From: a virus
Reading direction: 5' to 3' (one strand)
Virus genome (UHGV): UHGV-0213406
DNA length: 53,890 bases
Shown here: piece after piece, positions 37,681-46,805 of the stretch
Layout of the letters: every line of letters begins with the position of its first letter
Numbering within the stretch: the stretch's first letter is position 1
Translations under genes and position numbers: made by a program
Notes under the pieces: model-generated
The model's database searches: none
The model's input: the letters and a program-made list of their open reading frames with translations, nothing else
Told to the model about the DNA's origin: nothing

Positions 37681-39042
37681 GTGGAATGTGTCGCATATAT
37701 GCGTGTTTCTACAGAAAAACAGGCAGAAGAGGGGAATGGACTCGACAGTCAAAAAAGAGATATACAGAATTATTGTAGAAAAAATAAATTAATAATAACG
37801 GACTGGTACATTGATGATGGATATACCGGTTCTAATATGGACAGACCAGAACTACAAAGACTTATCAGTGATTGCTCAAAAAAAAGAGTAAAGTGTGTAG
37901 TAGCTTTCAAACTGGACAGATTATCCAGGAGCATGATAGACGGAATCTACATGATAGAGAGAATCTTCCAACCGAACAATATAGAGTTCTATTGCGTGCA
38001 TGACAGTGTAAGTTACGATAGCCCGATGGAACAGGCGTACACACAGATGATGGCGGTATTCTCGCAGCTTGACAAGAATACAATGTTACTAAGAATGCGT
38101 GGCGGTATGCTTGAAAGAGTGAAAAAAGGGTATTGGATGGGAGGTGGAAATACGCCTTACTGTTACGAATATGATAAAGAGCAAGGTATATTAGTTCCAA
38201 TACCGGAAAAAGCAGAACAGGCAAGACAGGCATTAGAGTTGTTCATTGATGGATATTCCGACAGGAGCATATCAGATATGTTGCATTTTTCGAGTGATAT
38301 TGTAGTAAGCAGAATACTTACATCACCGGTCAACATAGGGATGATACCTTATAAAGGGAAAATGTATCAAGGACTGCATCAGCCAGTGTTTCAGAGAGAC
38401 AGATTTGAACTTGCACAAGAAGTTAGGAAGTCCAGAAGAAAGAACAGAACATACAGAAAAACAGAACCGAATCTATTGACAGGATTATGTTATTGTGGTG
38501 TGTGTGGATGTAAGATGCGCTACCAGAAATGGGGATGCGAAAAGCAAAAAATCCATTGCTGTTCCAGAGATAAATATTTGCAGTATCTTCCTAATTATAA
38601 TGCGAATTGTGACAACATGGCTATTTGGGCTGATGAAATTGAAAAGCAAGTGGAAGAAGAAATTATAAAAATCTCGCTGAACCTGTCAGAATACAAGCCA
38701 AAGCAGAAAGAAAGTAAAATAGAAATCATGCAGAAGAACCTTAATCGGGAGAGAACAAAACTGAAACGACTGTACAATCTTTATGCGGAAGGCAATGACA
38801 CAGTTCTTGAAATGATAAAGGAAATCGAAAAGACTATCGGAGAGTCAAAGAAAAGAATCGAAGAAGAATATAAAAACATTGGCAATACGAACAAGAAAGA
38901 ATATGTCTATGAGAATATAAACAGTCTCGCTGACGTCTGGAACACGATCAGCAAGACTGGTAAAAATAGCATATTAAAGAGTATAGTAGAGAAAATCGTA
39001 ATAGTCAATGGAGATGTAGAAATTGTATTAAAGAACTTTTAG
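37681..39042 (+). CDS. Large serine recombinase (integrase)
   Basis: Y.RVST..Q, RP.LQ, DRLSR, recombinase domain, LLTGL.YCG.CG Zn-ribbon, coiled coil. Confidence 0.95.
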   Translation: MECVAYMRVSTEKQAEEGNGLDSQKRDIQNYCRKNKLIITDWYIDDGYTGSNMDRPELQRLISDCSKKRVKCVVAFKLDRLSRSMIDGIYMIERIFQPNNIEFYCVHDSVSYDSPMEQAYTQMMAVFSQLDKNTMLLRMRGGMLERVKKGYWMGGGNTPYCYEYDKEQGILVPIPEKAEQARQALELFIDGYSDRSISDMLHFSSDIVVSRILTSPVNIGMIPYKGKMYQGLHQPVFQRDRFELAQEVRKSRRKNRTYRKTEPNLLTGLCYCGVCGCKMRYQKWGCEKQKIHCCSRDKYLQYLPNYNANCDNMAIWADEIEKQVEEEIIKISLNLSEYKPKQKESKIEIMQKNLNRERTKLKRLYNLYAEGNDTVLEMIKEIEKTIGESKKRIEEEYKNIGNTNKKEYVYENINSLADVWNTISKTGKNSILKSIVEKIVIVNGDVEIVLKNF

Positions 39043-39084
39043 CACAGACATACTGCACGTCCGATGGCGGTAGTTTATGCTAAA
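39038..39084. other. Putative attP site
   Basis: Imperfect inverted repeat TTTAGCACAGACATACTGC ... GCGGTAGTTTATGCTAAA overlapping the integrase stop. Confidence 0.65.
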
Positions 39085-39190
39085 CGCCGTATTTCCTGTG
39101 TTTGCGAATAGTGGTTGTCGCTTATGTGGCATGATTTTGACGCTGAGAGCGTCTTTTTTTGTGCGAAAATTCAAATAAAGGGGTGGTGAT

Positions 39191-39370
39191 ATGTTTTCAG
39201 ATGTGCTTTTAGAAAAAATATTTTGTGACGAAAGAATGAGACATATTCCACTCGAATATCAGTCAACAGTTGTTCATGTAGTTGAAGATGCTATGGAAAA
39301 GAGATTCTATACAGAAAATCCATACATGAGCAAAGAAGAAATGTTAAACGAAGTATGTAGCAGAGGGTAG
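39191..39370 (+). CDS. Hypothetical protein (59 aa), first gene of Cys/Gly cassette
   Basis: MFSDVLLEKIF...IP..YQST.VH translated by hand; RBS GGTGGTG. Confidence 0.6.
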   Translation: MFSDVLLEKIFCDERMRHIPLEYQSTVVHVVEDAMEKRFYTENPYMSKEEMLNEVCSRG

Positions 39371-39374
39371 GAGG

Positions 39375-39824
39375 ATGATTATGTACGAAAATCCATATAT
39401 GGGAAACCCATACATGCAGAACAGGTATTATGGACAACAGTATCAACCAGTGCAACAGCAAACGATACAACAGCCGGTTGCACAGCTGGTCGGAAGACCG
39501 GTAGACAAACAGGAGTCCATACAGGCAAGTGACGTACCTATGAATATGCCATATGCCTTGTTCCCGAAGAATGACCTGTCAGAGATATACCTTAAGTCAT
39601 GGAATGCAAACGGAACGATACAGACGGTCGTATTTAAGCCTATGAATAATTCTATGGTAAATTCTATGCCTAATGGGGAAAATAGCAATACAGGGGCAAA
39701 TACGGACGCTACAGAGGAAATTATGAGAAGATTGGACGAATTATCGAACCAAATTCAAGAAATCGGAAATTCCATACCCAAACCGAGGACGGTAAAAGCT
39801 AAAAAGGACGGTGATTCTGAATGA
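39375..39824 (+). CDS. Q/N/Y-rich conserved phage protein
   Basis: Low-complexity N-terminus; VPM....A.FP..D.S.IY.KSW..NGTI domain. Confidence 0.75.
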   Translation: MIMYENPYMGNPYMQNRYYGQQYQPVQQQTIQQPVAQLVGRPVDKQESIQASDVPMNMPYALFPKNDLSEIYLKSWNANGTIQTVVFKPMNNSMVNSMPNGENSNTGANTDATEEIMRRLDELSNQIQEIGNSIPKPRTVKAKKDGDSE

Positions 39825-40024
39825 ATCCAATGCAGATGATTTTAAACCAGATGATAAACTCACCACAGGTAAAAAGTAATCCTATGGCTCAAAATGCATT
39901 GAAGATGTATCAGAGTGGAGATACACAAGGATTAAAAGAAATGGCAGAAAACTTATGTAAAGAAAACGGAACAACGGCAGAAGATGTGAAGAAAAATATC
40001 ATGAGCCAGTTTGGAATGAAATAG
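39821..40024 (+). CDS. Small Met/Gln-rich helical protein
   Basis: MNPMQM, NPMAQNA..M...GD..GL..MA.NLCKE.G. Confidence 0.75.
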   Translation: MNPMQMILNQMINSPQVKSNPMAQNALKMYQSGDTQGLKEMAENLCKENGTTAEDVKKNIMSQFGMK

Positions 40025-40088
40025 TACATTTTGGGGTGCACATAATAACCGGTTCCCATTTGTAAATACACAAATGGAGGTACACAAA

Positions 40089-40859
40089 ATGTTTAGTAAT
40101 CAACCAAGCCTTGCAGATATTGCAGCAGTAACAGGAAACAACAGAAACGATGGTATGTTTGGTGGAGATGGTTGGTGGGCAATTATCATCTTTGCTATGA
40201 TTTTTGGCTGGGGTGGCTTCGGCGGTAATGGCTGGGGCAACAACGGCGGTGGAGCTTTACAGGGATACGCTACACAGTCAGACATCCAGAGAGGATTCGA
40301 TACATCAAATATCGTTGGGAAACTGGACGGAATCTCAAGCGGTCTCTGTGATGGATTTTATGCACAGAACACTACATTGATGAATGGCTTTCATGGCGTA
40401 GACAACGCTATCTGCAATATGGGATACCAGACACAACAGGGATTTAACAACACAAACGTAGCTCTTATGCAGGGACAGAACGCATTACAGGCACAGCTTG
40501 CCGATTGTTGCTGCCAGAACAGAGAAGCTATTTCACAAGTCAGATTTGACATGGCACAGGATACTTGTGCATTGCAGAACACAATGAACACCAACACAAG
40601 AGATATCATTGATAGCCAGAATGCAGGAACGAGAGCTATATTAGATTACCTTTGCAACGAAAAAATCTCCAGCTTACAGGCTGAGAACAATGATCTTCGC
40701 AGAGCTGCATCACAGGATAGACAGAGTGCTCTCCTTACTACACAGATGGCTGCACAGACACAGCAGATCATCAATGCTGTGAATCCAGCACCGATTCCGG
40801 CATATTCTGTTCCGAACCCGAACGTATATTACGGATGTAACAACGGATGTGGATGTTAG
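40089..40859 (+). CDS. Membrane-anchored Gly/Trp-rich coiled-coil protein with CCC motif and Cys-rich tail
   Basis: GDGWWAIIIFAMIFGWGGFGG, DIQRGFD, LADCCC, C-terminal GCNNGCGC; RBS GGAGG. Confidence 0.8.
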   Translation: MFSNQPSLADIAAVTGNNRNDGMFGGDGWWAIIIFAMIFGWGGFGGNGWGNNGGGALQGYATQSDIQRGFDTSNIVGKLDGISSGLCDGFYAQNTTLMNGFHGVDNAICNMGYQTQQGFNNTNVALMQGQNALQAQLADCCCQNREAISQVRFDMAQDTCALQNTMNTNTRDIIDSQNAGTRAILDYLCNEKISSLQAENNDLRRAASQDRQSALLTTQMAAQTQQIINAVNPAPIPAYSVPNPNVYYGCNNGCGC

Positions 40860-41015
40860 TTAAAAACAAAATATGTTGTAACTTAACCAAGAATTTAACC
40901 AAGGTTATGTCTGCATAAGCAGTATTACAAGGGAAAGGGCAGACTTAACGGTTTGCCCTTTTGCACATTGAAAACAGAATATCAGTTGGTGTATAATCAA
41001 GCTAGAGGTGATTGC

Positions 41016-41336
41016 ATGGATAATTTCAAAGCAATATACAAGATATTAAAGGAACTGGAAAAGCATATGGGGGATGATAACTTTTCTCTGAGTTGTATAT
41101 CGGCAGAGAAATTGAAACTTCCATATGGCAGATGGGAACAGATTCTTATACTAATGCAAGATGACGGATATATAAAGGGGCTTGTGGTTGATAGAACGAC
41201 AGAAAGCCCATTAAGGCACATTGTGGAACCTGTATTTCCTCAGATAACGATAAAAGGACTTGAGTACCTTGCGGAAAACAGCCTTATGGCAAAAGCAAAA
41301 GAAGCATTAAAAATGGCGGGAGAAATCATCAACTGA
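41016..41336 (+). CDS. YjcQ-family winged-helix protein (moron-like insertion)
   Basis: MDNFK.IYKIL..LE, GYIKG, IT.KGLEYL.ENS.M.K; own TTGAAA...TATAAT promoter and 3' hairpin. Confidence 0.8.
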   Translation: MDNFKAIYKILKELEKHMGDDNFSLSCISAEKLKLPYGRWEQILILMQDDGYIKGLVVDRTTESPLRHIVEPVFPQITIKGLEYLAENSLMAKAKEALKMAGEIIN

Positions 41337-41373
41337 TATTTGGTTGATGATTTTTTATTGGAGGTAAAATATT

Positions 41374-41796
41374 ATGGCTGAATATGTAGCAGTTGCCAAT
41401 CAAAGTGTGGCAACAAATGGGAATGTGGTATTCACAAACACAGCGGTACATGGAAGTAATTGTATCAAACACAGAGAGGGTAGTGGAATTATAACCTTAA
41501 GAGGAATTACGAATCAGTGTAGAGCAAGATTTTTTGTAGAATTTTCTGCAAATATCGCAGTACCTACAGGTGGAACAGCCGGAGCAATCTCACTTGCGAT
41601 TGCGATCAGTGGCGAACCGGTTCTTTCTTCACAGATGATTTCAACACCGGCTGCTGTTGAACAGTTCAACAATGTATCTGCCGGTATTTATGTAGATGTT
41701 CCTGCCGGCTGTTGCGTAAACATTGCGGTAGAAAACACGAGCAATCAAGCAATTGATGTAGCCAACGCAAACATCATTGTAACAAGAGAAGCATAG
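41374..41796 (+). CDS. Beta-sandwich protein (BclA-CTD/C1q-like jelly roll by inference)
   Basis: 140 aa of small/beta-branched residues; HREGSG..TLRG, V.F.ANI, GE......I.TPAA, CC, NANI.V. Confidence 0.65.
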   Translation: MAEYVAVANQSVATNGNVVFTNTAVHGSNCIKHREGSGIITLRGITNQCRARFFVEFSANIAVPTGGTAGAISLAIAISGEPVLSSQMISTPAAVEQFNNVSAGIYVDVPAGCCVNIAVENTSNQAIDVANANIIVTREA

Positions 41797-41809
41797 GGAG
41801 GTGGCAGGT

Positions 41810-42448
41810 ATGCATATCAAACATATTCATGAATTGATTGAAAAGTTATCAGAAAGTGCTTGCTACGAACTTTGCAACGGCATTGAGAATGTCGATACTT
41901 GCGAGATGGGCGCAGTGGTAGACATGATTAAAGACCTTGCCGACGCTGAATATCACGCAAGAATCGCAAAAGAAATGGAAAAAGCCGAAGAAGAGGACAA
42001 AGAGGAAGAAAAATATCTTTTGAAAATGTTCAAAGAAGAATACGGGGAAGAAGATGGAAGACGTTACTATGATGATTGGCGTTATTCTTCCGGAAGATTC
42101 GCTCCGAAAGGCAGAGGAAGAAGAATGTTTGAAGAGCGTGCCGATTGGCATATGACACCGGAGATGTACAGAGACATGGATATGAAAAGCGGGAGAATGT
42201 ACACGGATACGCCAAGAAAGCATTATACCGAAGAAGAGTGTAAGTACGCAAAGGCAATGAAGAAGTATAAGGATGCAAGAAACCGGCATACGGGCGGTAC
42301 ACAGGAAGATGTAGACGCAAAACTTCACGAACTGGAATGTTATATGGGCGAACTGACGCATGATGTTGTGGGACTTATCGGAGAAATGACACCGGAAGAG
42401 AGAACCATGACAAAAGCAAAGCTCTCTACGCTTGTATCTAAAATCTGA
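41810..42448 (+). CDS. Charged helical protein with RYYD..RY.SGRFAPKGRG motif
   Basis: EMG.V.DMIKDL..AEY...I.K.M; acidic and Met-rich. Confidence 0.75.
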   Translation: MHIKHIHELIEKLSESACYELCNGIENVDTCEMGAVVDMIKDLADAEYHARIAKEMEKAEEEDKEEEKYLLKMFKEEYGEEDGRRYYDDWRYSSGRFAPKGRGRRMFEERADWHMTPEMYRDMDMKSGRMYTDTPRKHYTEEECKYAKAMKKYKDARNRHTGGTQEDVDAKLHELECYMGELTHDVVGLIGEMTPEERTMTKAKLSTLVSKI

Positions 42449-42765
42449 TGGTGATTAATGGTGTGTGGTGGGATGTATGTTTCGTTTCACCACACAGCAA
42501 GAAATTAATCCGTTCTGATGGCTCTTATAGCGTAGGGGTGACGGACAGCACAGACCAGACCATATACATTTCGGATATGCTACAGGGTGCGTTCTTAAGG
42601 AAAGTAATTTGCCATGAGATTGTGCACGCTTTTATCTTTTCAAATGGGATTTATATACCGCTTGAGGAAGAAGAGCGCATAGCAGATTTTGTAGCAAGCT
42701 ATGGTGGAGAGATACTGGACATTACAGAAACGGTATTGGCAGAGATAAGGAGAAGTTATGCTTAA
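42448..42765 (+). CDS. Small HExxH metallopeptidase (ImmA/IrrE-like)
   Basis: GVTD....IYI, KV.CHEIVHA, EE..ADF. Confidence 0.78.
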   Translation: MVINGVWWDVCFVSPHSKKLIRSDGSYSVGVTDSTDQTIYISDMLQGAFLRKVICHEIVHAFIFSNGIYIPLEEEERIADFVASYGGEILDITETVLAEIRRSYA

Positions 42766-42907
42766 GGAAGAGGACGTTCTGGAGTACGTGAAAAGGACGA
42801 ATCCAGACATTACGGACGAACGATTGAAAGAAGAGATATGCCGGAATAATTCTACAGCAAGCGCACTTATCCACATTATTTGGGTAGAAAAATATCTTTT
42901 TTCTTGA
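42758..42907 (+). CDS. Hypothetical protein (49 aa)
   Basis: LEYV.RTNP..T.E.L.EE translated by hand; RBS AAGGAG. Confidence 0.5.
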   Translation: MLKEEDVLEYVKRTNPDITDERLKEEICRNNSTASALIHIIWVEKYLFS

Positions 42908-42929
42908 TACAAGATATAGTATAATGAAG

Positions 42930-43190
42930 TAGTACAAGTAATTCATTCATACATTGCATTTCTAATACCCAACCTTCCAGTGAAGATACTGGATACCTAT
43001 GCACGGAGCGGAGCCTATTGATTTAGACTCCGCTAAAACATTACAATTTATCGTGATATCCGGTCGGATAAAACCTAGCAGCCGGAAACGTAGTCGCCAA
43101 TGAATCCGCAGGTTTAAAAACAGAGTCAGTCGGGTTAGATTATACTGGTGTTGTGACGCACAAGTTGTGTTACAGCACCAGTATTTTTTT
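42930..43190 (+). ncRNA. Candidate structured ncRNA (~250 nt) with strong terminator
   Basis: TATAAT at 42920; four internal hairpins closed by 42961-42973/43129-43139; long terminator 43142-43190. Confidence 0.5.
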
Positions 43191-43560
43191 ATATATACCT
43201 TGCCTATATAGTAGCTTAATAATATAAATAATTTTGGTGACTTGGACTTTTCCGATTTAAAATCGGGAAACATCGTGCTGTAAGAGAACATATAAAGAAA
43301 TATAAGAGTGATATAGGAATTTGAAAGTTTCCTCATTTCAAATGAGGAAAGTGCAGAAGAAAGACCGATGGAAGTTCAATGTAAGGAGAAAAATTATGCT
43401 TCAAGGCATATAATACAAAAAATACGAGGCTATTCTAGAAAAGGTTACATTTAAAATTTAACCTTTAAAAAGCGGTAAGAAAGAAAAGGTTCATATTTTA
43501 AACAAGGAACAGCGCAATGTGCTTTATAATCAGCAGTTCACAGAAAAGGAGAATGTAAAA

Positions 43561-43749
43561 ATGAAAATAAAGATTTTTAGCAAAAAAGATACTTTGGAAC
43601 TAGAAAAAGAAGTTAATAGTTTCATGGAAGAAAGAGTAGTAATGGATGTGAAGTATCAATCTATGTATGTTGCAACGAAGTATAACGGGGATGGCATACC
43701 GATCGAGGGGAAAATAATAGACCGTGCGATGGTAATATATGCAGAATAG
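43561..43749 (+). CDS. Small protein (Cse60/DUF2758-like pattern)
   Basis: MKIKIF......LE.EVN.F.....V.DVKYQ...AMVIY. Confidence 0.55.
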   Translation: MKIKIFSKKDTLELEKEVNSFMEERVVMDVKYQSMYVATKYNGDGIPIEGKIIDRAMVIYAE

Positions 43750-43804
43750 TTCAAATAAAGTAAAGGATAAGCCCATCTGAAAAGGTGGGCTATTATAATG
43801 TGGA

Positions 43805-44017
43805 TTATATAGTACATCATATATAAATACCGTTATATAACTCTATTAGCTAACATACGTTATATAACTACAGATATATAACAGAGTTATAAGTGAAAAT
43901 AGTATAAAGCCTGTAAAATCAATGGATTTACAATATTTTGAAAATCTAACGTTCGTTATATTGACACTATCTAACAGTAGTTATATAATAGAGTTATATA
44001 ACAGACATATATAACGG
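43805..44017. repeat. Array of GTTATATAAC palindromes and variants around a consensus promoter
   Basis: Exact copies at 43832, 43859 and 43993; TTGACA-17-TATAAT at 43961-43989. Confidence 0.8.
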
Positions 44018-44034
44018 TAGTTAGGAGTGAAAAA

Positions 44035-44388
44035 ATGAGTAAGACGCTTGATTCTCAGATTAAAGCAGTAAGGAAATACGAGAACGAAAGAGATGTAATT
44101 AGAGCTGTTCTTCCAAAAGGAACAAAGGAACGAATTAAACGGACTGGCTATAGCATTAATGCATTTGCGAATGAAGCAATATCCCGTATGCTTGATGATA
44201 TAGAGGGAATAAGACCAGTTACGGAAGAAAGTGCACCTGTAATCGACCAAGAGGGTAAAAAGACGTCTCTGGAAGAATTACAGGCTATCATAGATGAAAG
44301 AAAAAGAGAAAACAATCGGATAAAGGGTGATAAGGAAGAGACAAGGGAACTCAGCAAACTGCACGCAAAAAGAGAGATGGGTGATTAA
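44035..44388 (+). CDS. Arc/RHH-like DNA-binding protein
   Basis: KA..KY....D.I...LPKGTKERIK..G.S.NAF..EAI...L. Confidence 0.65.
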   Translation: MSKTLDSQIKAVRKYENERDVIRAVLPKGTKERIKRTGYSINAFANEAISRMLDDIEGIRPVTEESAPVIDQEGKKTSLEELQAIIDERKRENNRIKGDKEETRELSKLHAKREMGD

Positions 44389-44817
44389 ATGGAATACATA
44401 CACTACGGTCACAAGCATTTTGAAGTAAATGAATTTGAACCTATAAGTAATAGAGAGTTATTTCCGAAACCATTTGGTGGATTTTGGGCTTCACCTGTGA
44501 ACGCTGAGTACGGATGGAAAGATTGGAATGAAGCAGAACATTTCCGAGAGTGCAAGTCGGAAAACAGCTTCACATTTCGGCTGAAGGAAAAAGCAAAAGT
44601 GCTTCGGATAAAATCAGTAAATGATTTAGAACAGTTGCCAAAGGCTCAAAATGGATTCGGACACATTGTAATATTAGATTTTGAAAAGTTGGCGGAGCAA
44701 TACGATGCTATAGAAGTGACAATAGGATTTGACAGAGACCTATACTTTGCACTATATGGATGGGATTGCGACAGCATACTGATTATGAATCCAGATGTTG
44801 TGGTGGAATGTAAATAG
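44389..44817 (+). CDS. Hypothetical enzyme, ADP-ribosyltransferase-like motif order
   Basis: YIHYG, KP.GG.WASP, DFE.L...YDAI, LYGWDCDSILI. Confidence 0.55.
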   Translation: MEYIHYGHKHFEVNEFEPISNRELFPKPFGGFWASPVNAEYGWKDWNEAEHFRECKSENSFTFRLKEKAKVLRIKSVNDLEQLPKAQNGFGHIVILDFEKLAEQYDAIEVTIGFDRDLYFALYGWDCDSILIMNPDVVVECK

Positions 44818-44975
44818 CATTCTGCAACGAAAAAAGAGACAAACAATGAATATTAAACATATGATGGATGAGAAGTAATATTTGTTATTTCATCTTTCTT
44901 TTTTTGCAAAATTACTTGCCAATTGCATCTGGAATACTTACAATGTAATAAAATATAAAAAAAGGAGGACAAAGC

Positions 44976-45539
44976 ATGAAAAAAATAATATGCATGCTTC
45001 TTACCATTACGATAGTTTTTTCAGCAGTGGCGTGTTCATCAAATAAAAGTAATGATAGTAAGAAAGAAAAAAGTAAAAACGAGGAAGTAAAAAAAGAGAA
45101 AGAAAACATTACGGACGACGGGTATTCAATTGTAGACAATATAAATATTGATACAGATGAGATGACTGTTAAGTACGTAGGAAACAAACTGAGAAAAGGA
45201 AAGGACGAGGACGGAAATAATATAGACCAAGCTATAATATATTTTGAATATACAAATAAGACAAGTAATCCGGTTAGTTTCGACAATGCAGCAATAATAC
45301 AAGTATTTCAAAACGGAGAAGAAATGGAAGGATATGCTCCGCTTGAAGCCGGAATAAAAGAACTTGAAAATACTAGTAAGGAAATTATGGACGGAAAAAC
45401 AATTAAAATAGCTGTCGTTTTTGGAGTGTCAAGCACGAAAGATAATATAACAATAAAAGCTACAAATGAAGAGTCCGACTTGCTTGGAGAATCTGGTGAA
45501 ACGGTTTTACAGCAACAGGAAGCGCAACTTAGCAAGTAA
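44976..45539 (+). CDS. Lipoprotein (DUF5067-like), possible superinfection exclusion moron
   Basis: Signal peptide with lipobox AVAC; F.YTN.....S......FQNG.E, I..GKT. Confidence 0.75.
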   Translation: MKKIICMLLTITIVFSAVACSSNKSNDSKKEKSKNEEVKKEKENITDDGYSIVDNINIDTDEMTVKYVGNKLRKGKDEDGNNIDQAIIYFEYTNKTSNPVSFDNAAIIQVFQNGEEMEGYAPLEAGIKELENTSKEIMDGKTIKIAVVFGVSSTKDNITIKATNEESDLLGESGETVLQQQEAQLSK

Positions 45540-45550
45540 AAATCATATGC

Positions 45551-45690
45551 TTGACAAAAATACATAAAGAGTATATGATATTTACATCACTAATCTATTT
45601 ATATTTGAGAGTGATGCAAAAGTTTAATATAGTACTTAAACGTGATGTAATGGCTGTTCTTTCGAAAGATGGGACAGCCACTTTCAATTT
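45551..45690 (+). ncRNA. Candidate ~100-nt sRNA with own promoter
   Basis: TTGACA-17-TATGAT (45551-45579); CATCAC/GTGATG pairings; TGGCTGTTC/GGGACAGCCA terminal hairpin; no ORF. Confidence 0.45.
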
Positions 45691-46496
45691 AACAGGGAAA
45701 AAAGAAAAATAATTTTTGAAAAAGTTCTGGCTGAAAGTCGCGCGTTTTTATAGCATTTTTTCCTCCGGGAAAAGTCGCCAAAAAAAGATGTCACCCTAAA
45801 ATGAAATGGGGAAAAATCTGGACGCAGAAACAATTTGCCCTGAAACTACACTTTGTCTGACAATTTCAGCTACTCCGGCACGTGCTAGCATATACCCGGA
45901 GCGCTATATATATAGCCGTATTCCTGCGATATTTGAAACGCTATAGATGTTACCGCATAAAGCTATAAACACGCTAGAAAAGGCATATACAAGCGCATAA
46001 AAGAAAAGCGCAAAAAGAATATTATAAATAATCATATCACAGCGAAGCCGGGAACGCAAGAAAGCCGAACAGACGCAGCTGTGCAGCAAAGTTATAGCTT
46101 GATGTATTTTATTGTCAAGGTACAAGAAACAAGCCCATCATGAAAAAATGAAATCATGAAAAGCAATGGCTTAGTATTCTTTTTTTGCGATCTGGTCACG
46201 GGAGATCACGCCGGGCGCATTCTGTTTTTGCTCTGGACTGCACCAAGTCCAGCAATGCCAGGACGATTATAAGGCGTTCCCGGTCTCGAGCCTGTAAAAG
46301 TCTAACGCTCTTTTTTGCGTTCCGTTCTTTTCTTTAATCCGTAACAAGAGCCGGAAAAGGTCACGAGATGCCATTCTTTACCGCTGGCATCTGCGGACGT
46401 ATAAAATTATACGCCAATTACACCGTGAAGCATAAAGCCACGGGAAAAGCCACCCGCCAGAAACGAACCGGCGCAAGTTCCAAAAGTGGCAACGAC

Positions 46497-46530
46497 AAAA
46501 AGCCCAACTAATATAGTTAGGCTTTCTTTT
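46497..46530 (-). terminator. Bidirectional-looking terminator
   Basis: AAGCCCAACTA/TAGTTAGGCTT stem with A and T tracts on each side. Confidence 0.7.
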
Positions 46531-46791
46531 TTAAATGCAAACAAAATCCCCTTGCATCCCTGTAGATATTATATAGTTGCCGTCGGACTTCCGGCGGTAA
46601 ACAACGCCGCACCCGTCCATAGTTGACCATACAAGCCAACCCGGCGGAGTGGATGCAGTCCCGGTCTTGTAATACATCCACGCAAAAGATGGACGGATAC
46701 CGGCGCGCTCTTGTTCCTTTGCGTTTTCAATTATTTGATCGGCAGTATATAACTTGCTGCCGTTTCTTGTCCTTATGATATATGTTTTCAT
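46531..46791 (-). CDS. Hypothetical protein downstream of hammerhead
   Basis: RBS GAAAGGGG; PPGWLVWS..DG.GVVYRR. Confidence 0.7.
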   Translation of the reverse strand: MKTYIIRTRNGSKLYTADQIIENAKEQERAGIRPSFAWMYYKTGTASTPPGWLVWSTMDGCGVVYRRKSDGNYIISTGMQGDFVCI

Positions 46792-46805
46792 TGTTTCCCC
46801 TTTCT

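Noticed and set aside
39084..39175. Spo0A boxes or sporulation-sigma promoter for the Cys/Gly cassette
   Set aside because: Only partial matches (for example TGTCGCT); not enough to support sporulation control from sequence
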